Positions 57,783-64,000 of a DNA stretch of 64,000 nt are shown here, one piece after another. The DNA comes from a bacterium. Lineage in GTDB: Bacteria; Zhuqueibacterota; Zhuqueibacteria; Residuimicrobiales; Krinioviventaceae. Made by a program: the position numbers and the translations under genes. The stretch is from NCBI GenBank assembly GCA_963693055.1, contig OY843751.1:608001-672000 (forward strand). The letters run 5' to 3'. The notes below the pieces were generated by a model, which saw only the letters and a list, made by a program, of their open reading frames with translations, did not search any database and was not told where the DNA came from. The first letter of the stretch is position 1. Every line of letters starts with the position of its first letter.

Positions 57783-57811
57783 AATATAGTACGATATGGT
57801 ACTAATTGCAA
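57783..57811 (-). promoter_or_regulatory. Sigma70-type promoter with an embedded palindromic operator (probably MarR)
   Basis: Minus strand TTGCAA-N17-TATATT, overlapped by TAGTAC-N6-GTACTA (57787-57804). Confidence 0.55.
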
Positions 57812-57822
57812 GAGGTTTTTAA

Positions 57823-57852
57823 GTGAGACGGCAGACGGCAAATGTGAGAAGT
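57823..57852. repeat. 7-nt periodic REP-like arm
   Basis: GTGAGAC-GGCAGAC-GGCAAAT-GTGAGAA. Confidence 0.4.
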
Positions 57853-57946
57853 AGTACAAAAAAATGAAGAGTTTTGTAATATTAAGTGAACATTGAGACT
57901 GATTAATGAATTAAATATAATGAAATAATAGTTGATACTAATACGA

Positions 57947-57976
57947 ATCCATTCCCATCCGTGTTTGTCCGTAGTT
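57947..57976. repeat. 10-nt periodic ATCYGTG-family arm
   Basis: ATCCATTCCC-ATCCGTGTTT-GTCCGTAGTT; resembles the right arm at 61146-61176. Confidence 0.45.
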
Positions 57977-58063
57977 AATATTTTTGTTTTTCCCCCTTGT
58001 CATTCCCCGATCTTTTCCTATATTACAAATGAAAATAGTATTGAAAACAGAGGGACCCCATTC

Positions 58064-59566
58064 ATGGACCGACGTCGTTTTATCAAATCCTGTGCTGTGG
58101 GACTGGGAGCTTTGGGCAGCGGATATTTGTCCGGCTGCGGCAAATCCGCAAAAAGCGGACTTGCGAATATTGTGGTGATTCTGGCGGATGATATGGGATA
58201 TGGCGACATCCACGCATATAATCCCGAATCGACAATCCCCACGCCGAACCTGGATGGTCTGGCGGCAGACGGAGTGCGCTTTACCGACGCCCATTCCGGT
58301 TCATCGGTGTGCACACCCACGCGCTACGGACTGCTGACCGGTCGTTACGCCTGGCGCACATGGTTGAAAAAAGGTGTACTGTTCCCACCTAAAGACAAGC
58401 CGCTTATAGATACAGACCGCCTGACGGTGGCGGGATTGTTAAAAAAACGGGGTTACAAAACCGATATGGTGGGTAAATGGCATTTGGGATTCGGTTGGGC
58501 AAAAGATGAGCAGGGAGAGGTGGATTTTAACAAACCGCTCAACTATGGGCCCACCGATTCCGGATTTGACAGCTTTTTCGGCATTGCCGGTTCACTGGAT
58601 ATGGTCCCTTATGGATTTTATAAAGATCATGATCCGTATCAGCCTTTTAACAGGGAACAGCCCGAACTGAAATTCCCCCATTTTGTCCGTCAGGGCCCCA
58701 AAGCCGAGGGCTTTGAGCCGGTAAATGCCCTTGATGATTTGACAAAGCAGGCGGTTTCCGTGATTGAAAAACGGGCCGCAGGCAGAAATCCGTTCTTTTT
58801 GTATTTTGCCATGACCGCACCGCACAAACCCGCGTGGCCGCATAAACGGTTTGAAGGCAAAACCGGACTCGGCCCCTATGCGGATTTTGTGCACCAGACC
58901 GACTGGACCGTTGGCCAGGTGCTGGAAGCGCTGGAGCGGACCGGCGCTTCCGATAACACCCTGGTGATCTATACCAGCGATAACGGATCGTACATGTATC
59001 GACGCGAAGCAGGCGGTATTGATCATGTGACCATCCCTACCAACCAGGGTTACAGTCCTGAAAACCACAAACCCAATGGCGACTGGCGCGGTACAAAGGC
59101 TGATGTTTGGGAAGGGGGACACCGGGTGCCCTTTATTGTGCGCTGGCCGGGCAAAGCCGCTGCTGGTACAACCTGTAAAAAGATCATCTGCCTGACTGAT
59201 ATTATGGCAACCTGCGCCGAGGCCGCGGGTATCGCTCTGCCGGATTCAGCGGGAGAAGACAGTTTTAGCCTGGTGCCGCTGGTGCAGGGCAAGGACTGGT
59301 CTGTTCCGCGAGCTCCGGTGATCAATCACTCTATTGACGGCATGTTTGCGGTAAGAGACGGACGCTGGAAGATGGTGTTTGGCAATGGTTCCGGTGGACG
59401 AGAAAAGCCCAAAGGCGAGCCCTTTGGTGAGCCGTACATGCTGTACGATCTGGCAAACGATCCAGCCGAGACAACCAATGTGATCCATCAGCACCCGGAT
59501 ATTGCACAGCAGCTGACATCCATATTGCAGCGCATCCGCCAGAGTGGAGGGAGCAAGCATATATAA
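58064..59566 (+). CDS. Arylsulfatase (Cys-type, Tat lipoprotein)
   Basis: MDRRRFIK Tat motif (start re-assigned to 58064), LSGC lipobox, LADDMG, CTPTR, GKWHLG and WEGGHRVP. Confidence 0.92.
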   Translation: MDRRRFIKSCAVGLGALGSGYLSGCGKSAKSGLANIVVILADDMGYGDIHAYNPESTIPTPNLDGLAADGVRFTDAHSGSSVCTPTRYGLLTGRYAWRTWLKKGVLFPPKDKPLIDTDRLTVAGLLKKRGYKTDMVGKWHLGFGWAKDEQGEVDFNKPLNYGPTDSGFDSFFGIAGSLDMVPYGFYKDHDPYQPFNREQPELKFPHFVRQGPKAEGFEPVNALDDLTKQAVSVIEKRAAGRNPFFLYFAMTAPHKPAWPHKRFEGKTGLGPYADFVHQTDWTVGQVLEALERTGASDNTLVIYTSDNGSYMYRREAGGIDHVTIPTNQGYSPENHKPNGDWRGTKADVWEGGHRVPFIVRWPGKAAAGTTCKKIICLTDIMATCAEAAGIALPDSAGEDSFSLVPLVQGKDWSVPRAPVINHSIDGMFAVRDGRWKMVFGNGSGGREKPKGEPFGEPYMLYDLANDPAETTNVIHQHPDIAQQLTSILQRIRQSGGSKHI

Positions 59567-59584
59567 CATTTTTTTCAAGACCGG

Positions 59585-59619
59585 AAGGCCCTGTTTCATA
59601 AAAAAGCAGGGCCTTTTTT
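59585..59619 (+). terminator. Intrinsic terminator
   Basis: AAGGCCCTGTTT...AAGCAGGGCCTT followed by a T run. Confidence 0.8.
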
Positions 59620-59725
59620 ATATTGATTTTATTTCTGGAAAAAGTTATACTGTAATTGTTCATGGGGAATTGCCTTGTACCGGGTACATTTCTAAGAAAT
59701 ATTTTTACTTGGATTGGGAGGGAAT

Positions 59726-60958
59726 ATGAAAAAGATTGTATGTTTAGTGTTGATTCTATCAAGCCTGTGCCTGGCTCAAGGATTTGATTTTATGAATTCT
59801 GCGGTTAAGGGCGGTACCCGTTCGTTTGCAATGGGCGGGTGTTTTACTGCAATTGATTATGGTATTGACGCCATGCTGGGGAATCCGGCTGGACTGGCAG
59901 GGATGAATTCATCGGAAATCCTTTTGAATGGAAGAATGATTGTGGTGGGTGACATGGGTTTTGATGATGATTTTTATGAGGTTGAGAGAGAGCAAAAAAA
60001 CTCGTACAATGATAAAATTAATATCAAACCATATTCATTGGGAATTGCTTTTCCCCTCAGATTACCGGAGTCGAATGTGAATATTACCGGCGCATTGGGA
60101 TATAGGTGTTATTATGATATGAGTTCCACCCGCAAACGAGAATATTCTAATTATGAAGAAAATACAGTTTATGAATCGACAGAAAAAGTTAAGGGATTGT
60201 TGAATGTACTCTCTGCGGGATTCGGTGTTCAACTTTCAAAACAGGTCAATATCGGTGTTGTGTTCAATGTGCCGCTGTTTTCAAAATATGAAACGATTAC
60301 TGAGAATGAGAACCTGTACAGCGAAGCGATCACGAGTGTGAAAAGTGATATTTCAGGAGATGGATTTTTTCAATTGGGCACGCAGATAAATATGCATCCC
60401 CGTTTATCTTTGGGGGCAGCCTATTTTATGGGTCACAAGATAAAATATCATGACCGGGAAATTAAACAAAAAAATGATGACGATTACAGACCTTATGAAT
60501 CTGAAGATTCTGAAATTGAGCATCCGGATTTTTGGAGTGTGGGTTTTCAATTTAATGCATTGGATGATTTGTTATTAACTACCGAAATTCAGAGCTTTCC
60601 ATGGGAAGACACGAAAAGCCGTATGGGGGCAAGTTATTATAAAACTGGCAAAGATCTTCGGGTGGGCCTGGAATATGGCAGAGAGATCAAACTCCGGTTT
60701 GGGTATTATACCAACCAAATCCCCTTAAACGATGACGGTTCCGATTTCATGGATAAATACGGATTCAGCGGAGGAGCTGGATTCAACACCAGCAGCATGC
60801 GTTGGGATGTGAGTGGCGTTTATCGAGTTTTATCACATACGAGTACGGTGAGGACCATCTTTAATCCTGAAAGTGTTGGCGAGTATGAATACAAAGTTCG
60901 GCAGTTTTTAATTTACGCCTCTGTTATCTATACGTTTGATTTTGGATTGGGATTTTGA
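59726..60958 (+). CDS. FadL/PorV-like outer-membrane beta-barrel, paralog 1
   Basis: Signal peptide, GGTRSFAMGG...NPAGL hatch motif, beta-strands and a terminal Phe. Confidence 0.75.
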   Translation: MKKIVCLVLILSSLCLAQGFDFMNSAVKGGTRSFAMGGCFTAIDYGIDAMLGNPAGLAGMNSSEILLNGRMIVVGDMGFDDDFYEVEREQKNSYNDKINIKPYSLGIAFPLRLPESNVNITGALGYRCYYDMSSTRKREYSNYEENTVYESTEKVKGLLNVLSAGFGVQLSKQVNIGVVFNVPLFSKYETITENENLYSEAITSVKSDISGDGFFQLGTQINMHPRLSLGAAYFMGHKIKYHDREIKQKNDDDYRPYESEDSEIEHPDFWSVGFQFNALDDLLLTTEIQSFPWEDTKSRMGASYYKTGKDLRVGLEYGREIKLRFGYYTNQIPLNDDGSDFMDKYGFSGGAGFNTSSMRWDVSGVYRVLSHTSTVRTIFNPESVGEYEYKVRQFLIYASVIYTFDFGLGF

Positions 60959-61018
60959 TGTGGAATTGCGGAACAGATGTTCCAGTATGATATTTTGCAT
61001 TACAGTAAATAGTAATTT

Positions 61019-61176
61019 AGCCACAGATCAACACGGATGAAACACGGATTGGTTTTCTTGTTGTTTCTGAGATGATTGATATATTAAATTATAAATTTAT
61101 TATTTCAAGAAATATAAATTGAATCCATGATCAATACCTGTAAATAATCTGTGTAGATCTGTGTAAATCCGTGGCT
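61019..61176. mobile_element. MITE/REPIN-like element with periodic inverted arms
   Basis: Left arm AG-CCACAGAT-CA-ACACGGAT-GAA-ACACGGAT-T; right arm A-ATCTGTGT-AG-ATCTGTGT-AA-ATCCGTGG-CT; AT-rich core with no long ORF. Confidence 0.6.
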
Positions 61177-61247
61177 GATTAAGTTTTTGAATAGTGGAAT
61201 GCTGCGCTGGTGATATAAATTATGATTTGAAATGGGGATTATGAAAT

Positions 61248-61290
61248 ACGGACCAGAATTTTATTGCTTTTGGTCCGTTTTTCTTTTATT
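61248..61290 (+). terminator. Terminator-like hairpin
   Basis: ACGGACCA...TGGTCCGT followed by a T-rich tract. Confidence 0.5.
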
Positions 61291-61354
61291 ATAATACAAG
61301 AACTGCTCGGGGAAGTAATACCAGCAAATGTTGCTCATTCTATTTGGAGGGGAC

Positions 61355-62569
61355 ATGAAAAAACTACTTTTAGTATTGTTCTTGTCTACAAGTATATGCA
61401 TGGGGCAAAATTATCGTTTTTTTAATATGCAGAATATAGGCGGTACCCGTGCCTATGCAATGGGAGGATGTTTCACCGCGTCCAATAATGGAGTAGAATC
61501 CATGCTGGGGAACCCGGCGGGGTTGACTCGAGTTAAAAGCATACAAATTATGGCAACTGGCCGTACGTTTATCTCTGGTAGTGAAGACTATGAAGACCAT
61601 GTTAAAGAGGGAACAGCCGCTCCTCAAGCTACCCATGAAACTGAGGTCGTACATAAATTTTACAATGCGTCTGTAGCATTTCCAATATTCTCAGAAATGA
61701 AAAAGAAAATTGTTGGGGTGATTGGGTATCGAAATTTTTATGATTTATCTTTTAAAACGAATATCTCTACAAAATATAATATTGTACCACCACGCAAGCG
61801 ACAAACAATCCGGGAATACAATGGCTTGTTAAATGTGGTTACCCTGGGAACAGGTATTCAACTTGATGAAAAGGTGAGTTTCGGATTGATGTACAATTTG
61901 CCAGTAAATACAGAATACCGCTCAGTGATTGAACAAGTATACCCAGGCAGCAGGCGTATTGGGCTTTACAAAAATATAGAAACAGCAGATGTTTCAGGAA
62001 ATGGATTTTTTCAGGCGGGTGTGCAAGTCCGGCCTGTACCGCGCTTGACGCTGGGAGCTATGTATATAACGAGCCATACCATAGAGTATAAAAGCAGGGT
62101 TGAAAAAAAATACGATATTGAAAATAGTCTGGATGATTATGAAAAGCAATTCCCCCGATACTGGAGTGTGGGTGGACAATATTGTCTGTTTGATGATCTG
62201 TTATTTACTTTGGATGTGTCAAGTTTTGATTGGTCGGATGTATATAATAAAGATTATTACAAAACCGGAAAGACCTGTCATTTGGGTGCAGAGTATGTGA
62301 AATTTCTAAAGTGGAGAGCAGGGTATTATACATCTGATTTACCTGTTGGTATCTCCAACAGCGATCCTTTTGAAAAGCATGGTGTGAGTGCGGGTTTGGG
62401 ATATGGTTTTAAAGGGTTAGAGCTGAATTTAGCTGTAGTGTATCGTAAACTGGATTATGATGCTGTAATTGAACAAAGCCTTTATGATCCGGTTGATGCA
62501 GATGATCAGGATTATGAGATGCATGATTACTTGTTGCTTGCATCCTGCATTTATAATTTTAATTTTTAA
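61355..62569 (+). CDS. FadL/PorV-like outer-membrane beta-barrel, paralog 2
   Basis: GGAGG RBS, signal peptide, GGTRAYAMGGCF...NPAGL and the C-terminus YNFNF. Confidence 0.75.
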   Translation: MKKLLLVLFLSTSICMGQNYRFFNMQNIGGTRAYAMGGCFTASNNGVESMLGNPAGLTRVKSIQIMATGRTFISGSEDYEDHVKEGTAAPQATHETEVVHKFYNASVAFPIFSEMKKKIVGVIGYRNFYDLSFKTNISTKYNIVPPRKRQTIREYNGLLNVVTLGTGIQLDEKVSFGLMYNLPVNTEYRSVIEQVYPGSRRIGLYKNIETADVSGNGFFQAGVQVRPVPRLTLGAMYITSHTIEYKSRVEKKYDIENSLDDYEKQFPRYWSVGGQYCLFDDLLFTLDVSSFDWSDVYNKDYYKTGKTCHLGAEYVKFLKWRAGYYTSDLPVGISNSDPFEKHGVSAGLGYGFKGLELNLAVVYRKLDYDAVIEQSLYDPVDADDQDYEMHDYLLLASCIYNFNF

Positions 62570-62584
62570 TTGTTGAGAGTGAAT

Positions 62585-63802
62585 GTGAAAAAAATAATTT
62601 TTGTATTGTGTTGTTCTATGAGTTTGTGCATGGGGCAAAATTATCGTTATTTTAATATGCAGAATATAGGTGGGACCCGTGCCTATGCAATGGGGGGATG
62701 TTTCACCGCGTCCAATAATGGAGTAGAATCCATGCTGGGGAACCCGGCAGGATTGACAACAGTTGATAACCTACAAATCATGGCAAGTGGTCGTTCGTTT
62801 TTAGGAATTGATGAAGGCCCTATACTCAAAAATGGAGGAACATCATCGTGGAGAACCACAACAGATACAAAAATTGATAATAAATTTTATAATGCTGCTA
62901 TTGCTTTCCCGATTAAAACGGATAAAGACAAGAAAATTGTCGGGGTGATCGGGTATCGCAACTATTATGATATTTCTTTTAATACAAGTATAATTTCTAC
63001 ATATGATTATGAGGATTATACCAGCAAGAATAAAAAGGCCCTTGATTATGATGGATTGTTAAATGTCATTACCATTGGAACAGGAATACAGCTTGATGAA
63101 AAGGTGAAAATTGGATTGTTGTACAATGTACCGACTCGTACAAAAAACAGATTAATGAGAAGGCAAGAAAATCAAACCAGCGAGCCTTTTAGAATATATG
63201 AAACAATCACAACGGCAGATATGTCCGGCAGTAATTTTTTTCAATTAGGAGTGCAGTTCAAACCTATACAACATTTGACCATTGGTGCAATGTATATAAT
63301 GGAACACACTGTTGAACAAAAAAGCAGGGTTGAAAAAGGGGGCAATGTCAAAGCCAGCCTGGAAGATACTATATTGGAATTCCCTTATTTTTGGAGTGCG
63401 GGACTACAATATCAACTGCCTTCCAAACTGATTATAGCCGTAGAGATGCAAAATTTTTCATGGGATGATTATTTAGGACGTTCGTATTACAAAACCGGGG
63501 ACTCGTGGCACATTGGTGCCGAGTATGAAGAAATATTGAAATGGAGACTGGGATATTTTTTAACCCGATTACCCTTTGATGATTCCAAGAACAAGCCTTA
63601 TGATACCTATGGTATAACCGGTGGCGCGGGATACACATTCAAAAACCTCAATATGAACCTGAGTGCATTATACAGGATAATGAAATCTGAAGGTACTGAA
63701 TATTCTCATTATGGATATGAAGTGATTGATTATGGAGAATATCATAATTATTTTCATGATATCCTTGTATATGCATCCTGTATTTACAATTTTAATTTTT
63801 AA
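62585..63802 (+). CDS. FadL/PorV-like outer-membrane beta-barrel, paralog 3
   Basis: GTG start; same hatch motif and YNFNF terminus as paralog 2. Confidence 0.75.
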   Translation: MKKIIFVLCCSMSLCMGQNYRYFNMQNIGGTRAYAMGGCFTASNNGVESMLGNPAGLTTVDNLQIMASGRSFLGIDEGPILKNGGTSSWRTTTDTKIDNKFYNAAIAFPIKTDKDKKIVGVIGYRNYYDISFNTSIISTYDYEDYTSKNKKALDYDGLLNVITIGTGIQLDEKVKIGLLYNVPTRTKNRLMRRQENQTSEPFRIYETITTADMSGSNFFQLGVQFKPIQHLTIGAMYIMEHTVEQKSRVEKGGNVKASLEDTILEFPYFWSAGLQYQLPSKLIIAVEMQNFSWDDYLGRSYYKTGDSWHIGAEYEEILKWRLGYFLTRLPFDDSKNKPYDTYGITGGAGYTFKNLNMNLSALYRIMKSEGTEYSHYGYEVIDYGEYHNYFHDILVYASCIYNFNF

Positions 63803-63819
63803 TTGTTGGGGGGGGACAA

Positions 63820-64000
63820 ATGAAAAAAATACTGGTTATTTTATTACTCACCACGTCCGTTACTTTTGCGCAGATTTATCAGTTGCTGAATTCACCGGTT
63901 AATGGTGGTACACGTGCCTTTGCCATGGGGGGATGTTTTACTGCCACCAGCATGGGGATTGAATCCATGTTGGGGAATCCGGCAGGATTGGTTGACATGT
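63820..64000 (+). CDS. FadL/PorV-like beta-barrel, paralog 4 (3'-truncated; absent from the ORF track)
   Basis: Manual translation: MKKILVILLLTTSVTFAQIYQLLNSPVNGGTRAFAMGGCFTATSMGIESMLGNPAGLVDM. Confidence 0.8.
   Translation, partial: MKKILVILLLTTSVTFAQIYQLLNSPVNGGTRAFAMGGCFTATSMGIESMLGNPAGLVDM

Noticed and set aside
57932-58063. N-terminal extension of the arylsulfatase
   Set aside because: Translates a repeat arm (IRIHSHPCLSVV); the Tat signal starts at 58064.
1-64000. CRISPR arrays, tRNA/rRNA, selenoprotein or stop-codon recoding, transposases
   Set aside because: By eye I saw no regularly spaced direct repeats or cloverleaf/rRNA signatures. The Cys-motif proteins are complete without readthrough, and I found no DDE, HUH or integrase ORF. 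A tool scan could still find short RNAs.

Overview
Bacterial chromosomal window of mixed base composition, with AT-rich blocks at about 20.6-22.8 kb, 33-49 kb and 52-55 kb. Gene content (DUF1080 proteins, Tat-exported sulfatases, hybrid kinases, beta-barrels) suggests an FCB-group-like diderm; this is inference only. It holds about 60 CDS. I found no rRNA, tRNA, CRISPR array, integrase or transposase. Main loci: (1) a minus-strand run of two thymidylate-kinase-fold proteins (one with a Walker-A K->R change), a basic 105-aa protein, a short Ppx/GppA and a stand-alone Ppx HD domain, running into menA-menC-menE. I read this as a candidate bacterial heteromeric PPK3-like polyphosphate module and consider it the best lead. 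(2) A duplicated ArsF/ArsG-like CxxC + DsbD-like pair around an ArsR regulator, next to an orphan antitoxin and an AT-rich KAP NTPase. (3) A ychF-coupled carotenoid acyl-glycoside cluster. (4) Three CckA-like hybrid kinases, two lacking the phospho-acceptor His. (5) A tandem array of at least 4 FadL/PorV-like beta-barrels, with near-identical gene ends in copies 2 and 3. Intergenic DNA holds several families of short periodic REP/MITE-like elements, ECF-type promoter motifs, operator palindromes and terminators. All functional calls come from motif recognition by eye; no database search was run.
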